Origin: a virus | Length of the DNA: 64,000 nt | Strand: one strand, 5' to 3' | Virus record (IMG/VR): IMGVR_UViG_3300028558_000016 | Coordinates: 342,014-406,013 of that record | In this document: positions 38,784 to 46,768 of the stretch, piece after piece | Layout: every line of letters starts with the position of its first letter | Position numbering within the stretch: the stretch's first letter is position 1 | Notes under the pieces: model-generated | What the model was told of the DNA's origin: nothing | Database searches by the model: none | The model's input: only the letters and a program-made list of their open reading frames with translations | Position numbers and translations under genes: made by a program

Positions 38784-39182
38784 TTATATATTTTTTGTTA
38801 TGTCTTTCTCTTTATCATCCACTCTTTTTCCAACAAATTTAAGAAGTTTTACTATTCCATCTATGAATACTGAAGCAAATACCACTACGAGAAACCAGGA
38901 CCTTAGCATGACAGCAACATATTCCCAGCTAACTCCAGGATCTGCTTCAAGCGCTTTGAAGATGCAGAAAACTATTCCGGTTAAAATTCCAACAATCCAT
39001 GTCGTGAATTTTGTCACCTTGAACTTCTTTAGGATGTCATTGAACCAATCGAACTCAGTTTTATATGTGACACCATACAGGATGATCGTATACATGATTA
39101 TGAATGTCCAGTTCAATCCACCGAAGAAGGAGTGAAGCTCCGGAGCCATGTCCTTCCATATCGTGTCAAGTATTTCATTCAT
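38784..39182 (-). CDS. small multi-pass membrane protein (holin-like size and topology)
   Basis: Three or four hydrophobic helices in 132 aa. Sits at the head of the - strand fibre cluster. Confidence 0.35.
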   Translation of the reverse strand: MNEILDTIWKDMAPELHSFFGGLNWTFIIMYTIILYGVTYKTEFDWFNDILKKFKVTKFTTWIVGILTGIVFCIFKALEADPGVSWEYVAVMLRSWFLVVVFASVFIDGIVKLLKFVGKRVDDKEKDITKNI

Positions 39183-39197
39183 TAGAATATATATCCC

Positions 39198-39695
39198 ATG
39201 GGGAAGATAAAGAAGTTCAAGGAATTCAACGAGAAGGAATCTGAGTATACCGTTTATTCAAATAAGAAAGGTGGAAAATTCTGGGGTGACCAGGGTGCTG
39301 GTGTTCTTCCCATTTGCAGAAAAACAGGAAGAATTCTTGTTGCCATGAGAGGTGAACAGGTAAATGAGCCTCACACGTGGGGAATTTTTGGAGGAGCGAT
39401 GGACGAAGGAGAAACTCCAGAAGAATCTGCAAAAAGAGAATTAGTTGAAGAATCAGGATATACTGGAAAATTTGAAATCATTCCAGCTTTCATATATGTG
39501 TCTCTGGATCAAAAGTTCACATACAATAATTTCATAGGGATAGTCGACGAGGAATTCCAACCGGAATATGATTGGGAAACTGAATATGCTAAATGGATGA
39601 CTCTCGATGAATTGCTTAGTGCAAAGCCAAAACATTTCGGCTTAAAGAAGCTCTTGGACAAGAGCATGGATATAATCAAGAAATTTGCAAAGTAG
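39198..39695 (+). CDS. Nudix hydrolase (TAG stop followed directly by TAA)
   Basis: Nudix box GIFGGAMDEGETPEESAKRELVEESGY (Gx5Ex7REUxEExGU). Confidence 0.7.
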   Translation: MGKIKKFKEFNEKESEYTVYSNKKGGKFWGDQGAGVLPICRKTGRILVAMRGEQVNEPHTWGIFGGAMDEGETPEESAKRELVEESGYTGKFEIIPAFIYVSLDQKFTYNNFIGIVDEEFQPEYDWETEYAKWMTLDELLSAKPKHFGLKKLLDKSMDIIKKFAK

Positions 39696-39699
39696 TAAA

Positions 39700-40300
39700 A
39701 ACTATGAGCCGCCAGAACTTAAGATCGGTGATGAAAGTTTTTGTGGCGTTTCATAGACTTAGGTCATAGACTTGCGAAGAATCCCCTAAGGGCGTTAGTC
39801 TTGCAGAGGATTTCGACTTCCGCTAAGAAGTCCTCAGTCGTGCCAGTGTCAGTATACACTTAAAGCGTTCCATCAATCTCAAGCCTGACGGCTCTCATTT
39901 TGATTCTTTTTCTTGGTTTGTGTTTGTTGTCGACACAGGTAGACAAACCTCGCTAAAAACCTACACTAATGGGTTCGTGCAGAACCACGGAATTTTAATT
40001 TATGGCTCATAATGGTAAAAGCCTGATGCTGATCTTCCGCCAACAACTATCTGGTTTTTCTAACTCCAGAAAAATATCAGGTTTAAAGTCCCTGAGGGTG
40101 ACTACAGGTTTTTATGCGCAAAGACCTTGTGTGAAAACAACGTCCGTATATCGGTCTACGGCAGACAGGCCACTCTATATGATCCTGAAGATCAGTCGGT
40201 GACGCGACATGGCTAAAGTAATAATTTTTCTAATTCTGCTATAAAATAAATAAAAAATATTTTTAGTATATTTGAACTATTACCCATATCACTGATATAA
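39700..40300. other. GC-enriched non-coding region, candidate structured RNA
   Basis: About 600 bp with no ORF of plausible size and visibly higher GC than the flanks. Many local complementary segments. Ends with TAtaTTTG at 40267-40274. Confidence 0.3.
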
Positions 40301-40305
40301 CTATC

Positions 40306-40713
40306 ATGAAGTTCAGAAGAAGAAGAAAATGGGTCATATTTAAGAAATGGCTTGCGAGCAAGTTTGATCCTGGTGAAACACTATTAAGTACGGAACAAGA
40401 AAAGGCATATAAAATAGCAAAGAAGTTAATCGTTGATGCTGATAGTGTTTTATATGCAGACGTGTCCGGTGAAGCAAGGTACATCATCGTCAATGGAGAA
40501 AGATTTGTCAGGATGACAAGTGGCAAGATACGAATAATTGACGGCCCATACAAATATGACGTGACGTTTGATCCAAGAAGATTGGATGAATTGAGACGCT
40601 TGTTTGCAAAAAATCTCGAACACAGGCACGATAGGTTAGAAGCTGAAATAGGAATGAGAGTGGAAAAAAGTTTGGATCATATTTTAAAAGAAATAGAAAA
40701 TGATAACAATTGA
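40306..40713 (+). CDS. hypothetical protein
   Basis: ORF. Confidence 0.35.
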   Translation: MKFRRRRKWVIFKKWLASKFDPGETLLSTEQEKAYKIAKKLIVDADSVLYADVSGEARYIIVNGERFVRMTSGKIRIIDGPYKYDVTFDPRRLDELRRLFAKNLEHRHDRLEAEIGMRVEKSLDHILKEIENDNN

Positions 40714-41503
40714 TTTAGAAAAGAGCTTGGTCAGAAACAAAAGAAAGTTGTTGACCAACGAAGAAATCATGGTCCTCGATAAAATGGAAAAAATCGAGAA
40801 CAACAAGGAGATAGAAGAACTCCGTTCAAAGCTTGGCATCTGGTCAGACAATGCTAAAACAGCAAGCAATGCTAAATCTAAAATTCTTATTTATAACAAG
40901 TATCCAGCTGACAGAATTTATTCTGAGTCTGACATCAGAAGCCTGTGTCTAAAATACGGCCTCAGATTTTTACCGAGCCATTATTTCAATGGTGAATTGG
41001 ACACTGAACTTCCTGGAAAAATTAAACAATTTGAACAGAAATACCACCATGGTTGTTCAGGCGTGACAAAATACAATTCATTCATCGCAGCTCCGGCGGA
41101 AAGTTTTAAACTTCAAAAGAGACCTAAAGATCCTTTGTTCTTCGTTGAGGTGGAAAGAGTTGGATACATCTCTGAACAAAACGAGAAGCATTATTTCTTA
41201 TTACATAAATGGGGAAATGATATTTCCATAACAAGATGGATCGCGAATCTCCCAATGAGAACCACTGCTTTGGCAAATGGGCTTTTATTATCTCTTGGAT
41301 TTTTGCTTGGAATGTTCACATCAATATTTTATAACAATCAACCGGTTGGTCTTTCTTTGATGTTTGGATTATTGGGAACAGTATTGATGTTACTGGTTAT
41401 CATGCTTGTTGGAATATTCTTAGACATGATAAGTGACGATTCGAGAATGGATATATTCGTCACAGGAAACGATGAAAAGTGGAACAGCCCATACATAAAT
41501 TAA
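40700..41503 (+). CDS. hypothetical protein with a C-terminal membrane segment
   Basis: C-terminal hydrophobic helices (LLLSLGFLLGMF..., VLMLLVIMLVGIFL). Confidence 0.4.
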   Translation: MITIDLEKSLVRNKRKLLTNEEIMVLDKMEKIENNKEIEELRSKLGIWSDNAKTASNAKSKILIYNKYPADRIYSESDIRSLCLKYGLRFLPSHYFNGELDTELPGKIKQFEQKYHHGCSGVTKYNSFIAAPAESFKLQKRPKDPLFFVEVERVGYISEQNEKHYFLLHKWGNDISITRWIANLPMRTTALANGLLLSLGFLLGMFTSIFYNNQPVGLSLMFGLLGTVLMLLVIMLVGIFLDMISDDSRMDIFVTGNDEKWNSPYIN

Positions 41504-41504
41504 A

Positions 41505-41702
41505 ATGGAAAAATACAACGAGGCAAATTACTTCGCGATAAGTTTTTATAACGGAATCCTGTTCGGATTTTCGATAATAAAATATCCAGAGGAGAATCAG
41601 ATGACTGAGCTTGCATTGCACATCATTCCCTTTGTGAAGATTTCTTGGATAAAACAGATGATGGATGATAAGGAGGCAGAAGAATTTTTAAACAAAGAAT
41701 AA
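41505..41702 (+). CDS. hypothetical protein
   Basis: Short ORF. Confidence 0.3.
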   Translation: MEKYNEANYFAISFYNGILFGFSIIKYPEENQMTELALHIIPFVKISWIKQMMDDKEAEEFLNKE

Positions 41703-42214
41703 TGGAAAGAATACCATACGACAAAACCAAAGAAGAGAATTCAGTGGAAGTTCTCTTTGCGTCAAAATTTGAATCTCTTAAAAGACACCCAATGACCGAT
41801 GAGGTTGCAAAAATACTCATAACTCTTTCATTGGCACCAATTCCAGAAGATGACAAGGAAGCCAATGAGCAATTCCTTTGTAAAATTATCGAGCAGCGTT
41901 TCAAGGCTCTTGGTTACACGATGGACATCAAGGGAAGAATATTTTTAGCATACATGACCAATTCTCCAGGAATGGCTGTTATGTATTGCCACTATCTTGC
42001 TTACTATTGCAAGAAAAACCACATCCTTAGTTTAACGTTTACGGACTTATGCATGGATGTTTTTCCATTTGGTTTTCCATCTGAGGAAGATCTTCATAAG
42101 CTTTGGGACGAACAGAAGGTTCACAGAGAACAAGATCAACCAGGAACTGACAATCTTCTTGATTATTTTGGAGCATCAAAATCCATAATGGCTGTAACAG
42201 AAACAGATATATAA
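41702..42214 (+). CDS. hypothetical protein
   Basis: ORF. Confidence 0.35.
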   Translation: MERIPYDKTKEENSVEVLFASKFESLKRHPMTDEVAKILITLSLAPIPEDDKEANEQFLCKIIEQRFKALGYTMDIKGRIFLAYMTNSPGMAVMYCHYLAYYCKKNHILSLTFTDLCMDVFPFGFPSEEDLHKLWDEQKVHREQDQPGTDNLLDYFGASKSIMAVTETDI

Positions 42215-42235
42215 AGAAAATATCGGTTTCAACCA

Positions 42236-42601
42236 ATGGCAAAGATTAAAGACTTCAAAGATTATTTAAACGAACAAAGCGAAGAAGACCTTAAAAAGGA
42301 ATGGCTTCCATCTGATTTTGATTTCAGACAATACGTAGATGATAATCTTCCAACATTAGCTAAGCGAGTATTGGTTCCCAACCAAATAGATCACGTCGCA
42401 CACCTTTTGGAAAGGCTTGCAAAAGCTTATTCAGGAGAAAAAGAAGACGATGATTTTCTCGAATTCATGATCCAAGAAAAATACGATAAAGCTTTAATGA
42501 CTGCAGATGACGTGAACAAGATAGCATTCTGTGTTTATGTTGTATTCCAGATCAACAAGGTTCCATTAATGCTAAGAGAGAAAAACAAGGTAGTTAATTG
42601 A
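42236..42601 (+). CDS. hypothetical protein (in frame with the next gene across a single TGA)
   Basis: ORF. Confidence 0.35.
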   Translation: MAKIKDFKDYLNEQSEEDLKKEWLPSDFDFRQYVDDNLPTLAKRVLVPNQIDHVAHLLERLAKAYSGEKEDDDFLEFMIQEKYDKALMTADDVNKIAFCVYVVFQINKVPLMLREKNKVVN

Positions 42602-43270
42602 TTGAAGCATATTTCTCCATACTATCCGTTCGACGAGAACACATACAAGGATTTTTTTGAAAAAGAATATACCTGTCAGCTTGGAGCGGTCACGTTCGAC
42701 GAGGCTAAAGTTATTTTCAATGGATTCAGATTGGTTCCAAAGAAGCTAATAAAGAAATTAATAAACATCATAGAGTTTGATCCGTCTCTTGGATCATCAA
42801 AAAAGTTTTATCCTAACCATGGAAGGTGGGAAGACAACTTCAGCACCATGTTTCTAAATAGAAGCGTTATAGACCTTGAACCAATGGAATCTGTTCATTT
42901 AATAATACATGAAATTGGTCATGCATTGGATCATAGACTTGGCGACATAACTAAAACACCAGATTGGTTGAACTTAAGCGGTTGGACGTTAGACCCTCCA
43001 GGAATTAGTCAGGTTCAAAAAACAGATAAGAATTTCATTCATGGTGGAGAATATAGCAGATTGAAAATACAAGAAAAAGGAATGTATTCTGTTTCAGATT
43101 GGTGGTACAAGGAAAATGCAAACTTCGTCAGATGGTATGCAAAAAGAAACCCACAGGAAGACTTTTGTGAGTCGTTCGCATATCTTGTAATGGAAGAAAT
43201 TAACAGATTCAAAGGTTGTGAGGACAAGGCAAAGTTCATCAAGGACAATGTTTTGGTATACGGAAATTAA
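42602..43270 (+). CDS. zinc metallopeptidase-like protein (HExxH)
   Basis: LIIHEIGHALDH zincin motif. Apparent TTG start directly after the in-frame TGA. Confidence 0.45.
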   Translation: MKHISPYYPFDENTYKDFFEKEYTCQLGAVTFDEAKVIFNGFRLVPKKLIKKLINIIEFDPSLGSSKKFYPNHGRWEDNFSTMFLNRSVIDLEPMESVHLIIHEIGHALDHRLGDITKTPDWLNLSGWTLDPPGISQVQKTDKNFIHGGEYSRLKIQEKGMYSVSDWWYKENANFVRWYAKRNPQEDFCESFAYLVMEEINRFKGCEDKAKFIKDNVLVYGN

Positions 43271-43280
43271 TATATAGAAT

Positions 43281-43997
43281 ATGAAAAACTTCGACGAATT
43301 CTCAAACAGCATAAGGATCAATGAATCCGAAATCAAATTCTTAAATGAAGATGAAACAGAGCTTAATCAGCTTGGAATAGAACTTACCAATTACATGGAA
43401 GATCAAGGAATTAAGTTTCCTGCATTCGACATTAAAAATGGAGTTCTTACATTAGATATGGCTGGAGAAGAGATTCACATAAAACCAGAACGTCAGGAAT
43501 ATAGCACTGGACATGGAACTCATCCAGGTTACGTTGTTTCAATGAAGCACAATCCCGATGAAAAGGTTGAAGACATTTTTGGATGGTTAGCAAGACACGT
43601 TTCTGCGTACCAACACGGTGAAGGAGAATATCATCACGAGACTTGGGTTGAAAAAATGAGAGACAAATTTGCAAGTCAGGCTGGAATGGATGAAGGAATA
43701 GGATTGCTTCCAGATGAAGGACCATTCAAAGGAAAAACACCTGCAGAAAGAGTAAAGAACTATGCCAAGACATTGAACAAGAATAAGGTTGACAGAAAGG
43801 ATGCAGAAGATTTTAATACTCTTTTGGGAATGATTGCTAAAAAAGATTCTGCAGCACAGGATTTCTTTTGGAATTTAGACACTTCGGTTAGGGATACTTT
43901 TGCGTCCGCTTATATTAATAGAGCAGATGGTAAGATCCTTGATATGGATGCCAAGAAAGAACTTTCTTCTTTATTAAAAGTAAGTATTTCAAAATAA
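43281..43997 (+). CDS. hypothetical protein
   Basis: ORF. Confidence 0.4.
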   Translation: MKNFDEFSNSIRINESEIKFLNEDETELNQLGIELTNYMEDQGIKFPAFDIKNGVLTLDMAGEEIHIKPERQEYSTGHGTHPGYVVSMKHNPDEKVEDIFGWLARHVSAYQHGEGEYHHETWVEKMRDKFASQAGMDEGIGLLPDEGPFKGKTPAERVKNYAKTLNKNKVDRKDAEDFNTLLGMIAKKDSAAQDFFWNLDTSVRDTFASAYINRADGKILDMDAKKELSSLLKVSISK

Positions 43998-44293
43998 ATT
44001 TTTTAGTTTCAAATATAGTGCCTATATTTGCATTGTAAATAAAACTGAAACAAAGAAAGATATATAGAATAGAAGTAGAGATTGTGACGCTACCCTTTGA
44101 CAAATGATTAAGTAGAGTACGGGGTTTAATCTGAAAAAGCAAACCAATCGAAACTTCAAACATAATAACGAACATGAGATTTAATAATAATAATCAGCAA
44201 CAGTATCAACAGAATAATTATTCTGGTTGCGTGTTATTATTTTCTCCTGTCTCTGTTGATTGACAGTTAAGATTTTAAGAGAATAACACGCAA

Positions 44294-44320
44294 CCCGAAC
44301 CGAAACGTTCGGGTTTTTTA
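44294..44320 (+). terminator. rho-independent terminator
   Basis: cccgaac-cgaaac-gttcggg hairpin followed by tttttt. Confidence 0.6.
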
Positions 44321-44341
44321 TTTTCAAAAAAATCAAAAGTC

Positions 44342-44578
44342 ATGAAAACACCTCAGTGGTATAAACGAAAAATCAAGGAGGTCAAGAAACAGAAAAGAGA
44401 ATTGACCTCTACAGAAATAGGCACGTTCTTCAATGGAGTAACCCTCACTAACAAGAGGAGGAAAGAAATGAAGGAAGATCTTAAGAAAGAAAAAAGATCT
44501 TACAAGCGTGCAGAAAAACAGGATCTCAAAAAGTCTATAGACGAAGAGATCCAAGATTGGAAAAGGAAGAAGCATTAA
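44342..44578 (+). CDS. small highly basic protein
   Basis: K/R/E-rich 78 aa ORF. Confidence 0.35.
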   Translation: MKTPQWYKRKIKEVKKQKRELTSTEIGTFFNGVTLTNKRRKEMKEDLKKEKRSYKRAEKQDLKKSIDEEIQDWKRKKH

Positions 44579-44591
44579 GCTTCTTCCACAA

Positions 44592-44678
44592 GGGTAAGTT
44601 GCCGTAGTGGCCGAACGGTCCAGACTGTTAATCTGGTGAGAGCAATCTCCGTCGTGGGTTCGAATCCCACCTCGCCCT
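44592..44678 (+). tRNA. type II (long variable arm) tRNA with anticodon loop cuGUUaa; unusual combination
   Basis: Acceptor gggtaag/ctcgccc (one A-C mismatch). Long D-loop. Anticodon stem ccaga/tctgg. 17-nt variable arm. T-arm gtggg-ttcgaat-cccac. U73. Confidence 0.45.
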
Positions 44679-44685
44679 CAACTTT

Positions 44686-44758
44686 TGGAGATTAGCTCAG
44701 TTGGTAGAGCTGCTGGTTGTTAGCCAGATGGTCGCGGGTTCGATCCCTGCATCTCCAG
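44686..44758 (+). tRNA. tRNA-Asn(GUU)
   Basis: Cloverleaf with D gctc/gagc, anticodon loop uuGUUag, T gcggg-ttcgatc-cctgc. Confidence 0.65.
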
Positions 44759-44763
44759 CAAAT

Positions 44764-44835
44764 GCGCAAATAGCTCAGCGGTAGAGCAACCGGCTGTTAA
44801 CCGGTAGGTCGCAGGTTCGATCCCTGCTTTGCGCG
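44764..44835 (+). tRNA. tRNA-Asn(GUU)
   Basis: Acceptor gcgcaaa/tttgcgc. Anticodon stem accgg/ccggt with loop cuGUUaa. T gcagg-ttcgatc-cctgc. Confidence 0.7.
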
Positions 44836-45098
44836 CAAAAATAAAAGTAATGGAAACAAAAACATTTGGTGAATGGTTAGAATTTCTGCCATCAGAACAA
44901 TATCAAAGATTATCTTATGACGATAAGATGATTGCAACTATGAAATTGTTATTTGAGAAGGGTGAAAGAAACCCAAGTGCAATCACAGCAAAACTGTGGT
45001 ACTTGGGATTCAAGGAAGGAAGATTCACTGACATAAGAAAACTTGCTGAGCATCAATTCAAATTGTACTCACAAGCACAAGCAGAGAAAGTAAGATAA
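44829..45098 (+). CDS. hypothetical protein
   Basis: ORF lying between the two tRNA clusters. Confidence 0.35.
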   Translation: MRAKIKVMETKTFGEWLEFLPSEQYQRLSYDDKMIATMKLLFEKGERNPSAITAKLWYLGFKEGRFTDIRKLAEHQFKLYSQAQAEKVR

Positions 45099-45102
45099 AA
45101 AT

Positions 45103-45175
45103 TGTCCTGTGGTGTAACTGGCAACACGTGTGATTTTGGCTCATAAGAGTGCAGGTTCGAGCCCTGCCGGGACAA
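45103..45175 (+). tRNA. tRNA-Gln(UUG)
   Basis: U1-A72. D gtgt/acac. Anticodon stem tgtga/tcata with loop uuUUGgc. T gcagg-ttcgagc-cctgc. Confidence 0.65.
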
Positions 45176-45195
45176 CAGTTGAAATGGAAATATAT

Positions 45196-45279
45196 TGGGG
45201 ATCGCCGGAGTTGGAGAGCCGGGACAGTCTGTAAAACTGTTGACTTCGGTCTGAGTGGGTTCGAATCCCATGTCCCCAA
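45196..45279 (+). tRNA. tRNA-Tyr(GUA), type II
   Basis: Anticodon stem acagt/actgt with loop cuGUAaa. Variable arm with a gac/gtc stem. T gtggg-ttcgaat-cccat. A73. Confidence 0.65.
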
Positions 45280-45302
45280 CAGTTCTTTGAAAATAAATTT
45301 AT

Positions 45303-45417
45303 GGGGAAGTAGCTCAGTTGGCAGAGCAATAGAAAAAAGCGTATTCTGCCCAAGAATATTTACAGCAACACAAAAGTAAATCTGTGTGCGGCCGTTCGAA
45401 TCGGTCCTTCCCCACCA
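45303..45417 (+). ncRNA. tRNA-like gene with an insertion of about 40 nt and encoded CCA
   Basis: Acceptor ggggaag/cttcccc, then A and CCA. Canonical D-arm (gctc-agttggca-gagc) and T-arm (ggccg-ttcgaat-cggtc). The central 62 nt contain the hairpin tattct-gccca-agaata and no clean anticodon arm. Confidence 0.4.
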
Positions 45418-45418
45418 T

Positions 45419-45492
45419 GGGACATTCCATACTAATTGGTAAGTCACTCGGTTGTAACCCGAGAAATGGGGGTTCGAGTCCCTCATGTCCCA
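45419..45492 (+). tRNA. type I tRNA-like with anticodon loop uuGUAac (GUA) and a weak D-stem
   Basis: Perfect acceptor gggacat/atgtccc with A73. Anticodon stem ctcgg/ccgag. T ggggg-ttcgagt-ccctc. D-stem poorly paired. Confidence 0.45.
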
Positions 45493-45493
45493 C

Positions 45494-45577
45494 TGTACAG
45501 TATGCAAATTGGCGAAGCGAACAGATTTTGGATCTGTTGGAGTAATCCCGCTGCAGGTTCGAGCCCTGCCTGTATAA
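45494..45577 (+). tRNA. type II (Leu-like body, A73) tRNA with anticodon loop uuUUGga (UUG); unusual combination
   Basis: Acceptor tgtacag/ctgtata. D-loop aaattggcgaa. Anticodon stem acaga/tctgt. 15-nt variable arm with a gga/tcc stem. T gcagg-ttcgagc-cctgc. Confidence 0.45.
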
Positions 45578-45591
45578 CTAAAATTAAAAAC

Positions 45592-46656
45592 ATGGAACAA
45601 TTTCCACATAACGAAGAAGTAGACTTTAATAAAAAGTTGAATGTAAAATTTGGAATAGATCCAACTGCAGATAGATTGCATTTGGGACATTTGATACCTT
45701 TGCGATTTGCGAAGAAGATGTTAGACAATGGACATAACCTTGACATAGTGTTAGGAACGTTCACTGCGCAGCTTGGAGATCCTTCTGGAAAAGATTCAAT
45801 GAGACCTATATTGGACTCTGAAACTACTAAAGACAATGCAATTGCATTATTGCCTATCATCAGAAGGATTTTAAAGAAAGATTTTAATCTTCATTTCAAT
45901 CATGAATGGTTCAAAAGAATGAATGCGATTGATATGATCAACATTCTTTCTAAGTTTACAGCAAATCAATTGTTGTCGAGAGACTCTTTTCAAAAAAGAA
46001 TTTCAAATGAAGATGGAATTGGTATGCATGAATTAACTGTTCCTATTTTGCAAGGATTTGATTCTGTTCATTTGAAAACAGATCTCGAAATAGGAGGCAA
46101 CGATCAATTGTTTAACTTTAAAATAACAAGAGATCTGCAAAGAGCATTTAATCAAAAGCCGGAGATTTGCATGTTGATGCCAATAATCAATGGAACTGAT
46201 GGGAGAAAAATGAGCAAGACGTTTAAGAATTGCATTTTTCTCGATGACAGTCCCGTAGATGTTTTTGGGAAAACGATGTCCATATCTGATGAGTTGATGA
46301 AAGAATGGTTCATGGTTTTTATGGATGAATCAATAGGTCATCCAATGGAAGCAAAGAAAAAACTCGCATTTCAAATAACAAAAGAAGTGTGGGACGAAGA
46401 TAATGCTAAAATTGCATTGGAACATTTTGAAAGAGTAATACAAAAGAAGAATGTACCGGTAGAAATTAAGGACATTAAAGACACAGATATTTTAAAAGTC
46501 ATTATGGAATTACGTAAATGTTCTGCCACAGAAGCAAGAAGATTATTGTCGCAAGGAGCAGTTAAAGTCAATGATGAAAAAGCATTAGAAGAAAAGACCT
46601 TATCATCTGGAGACATTGTAAAGGTTGGTAAGCTGAACTTTGCTAAGATAATGTAA
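45592..46656 (+). CDS. tyrS: tyrosyl-tRNA synthetase
   Basis: FGIDPTADRLHLGHLIPL (HIGH region of the TyrRS type). KMSKT motif. C-terminal S4-like segment LLSQGAVKVNDEK...GDIVKVGK. Start taken at the ATG at 45592; the longer ORF overlaps the tRNAs. Confidence 0.75.
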   Translation: MEQFPHNEEVDFNKKLNVKFGIDPTADRLHLGHLIPLRFAKKMLDNGHNLDIVLGTFTAQLGDPSGKDSMRPILDSETTKDNAIALLPIIRRILKKDFNLHFNHEWFKRMNAIDMINILSKFTANQLLSRDSFQKRISNEDGIGMHELTVPILQGFDSVHLKTDLEIGGNDQLFNFKITRDLQRAFNQKPEICMLMPIINGTDGRKMSKTFKNCIFLDDSPVDVFGKTMSISDELMKEWFMVFMDESIGHPMEAKKKLAFQITKEVWDEDNAKIALEHFERVIQKKNVPVEIKDIKDTDILKVIMELRKCSATEARRLLSQGAVKVNDEKALEEKTLSSGDIVKVGKLNFAKIM

Positions 46657-46676
46657 AAAGAATTTTGTATATTTAC

Positions 46677-46749
46677 TGTCTCGTAGCGCAACTGGCAGAG
46701 CGCCTGATTCTGGATCAGGAGGTTGGAGGTTCGAGCCCTCCCGAGACAA
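46677..46749 (+). tRNA. tRNA-Gln(CUG)
   Basis: U1-A72 acceptor tgtctcg/cgagaca. Anticodon stem cctga/tcagg with loop uuCUGga. T ggagg-ttcgagc-cctcc. Confidence 0.65.
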
Positions 46750-46768
46750 CAATTAAAACATAAATAAT

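Noticed and set aside
39700-40300. tmRNA or RNase P RNA in the GC-rich intergenic region
   Set aside because: No tRNA-like 3' end (TTCGA T-loop plus CCA) and no recognisable P4 or tag-peptide signatures were seen by eye. It remains an unclassified candidate ncRNA.
45436-45591. N-terminal extension of the TyrRS ORF (from 45436)
   Set aside because: The extension runs through tRNA-like genes 45419..45577. The TyrRS HIGH region aligns from the ATG at 45592.
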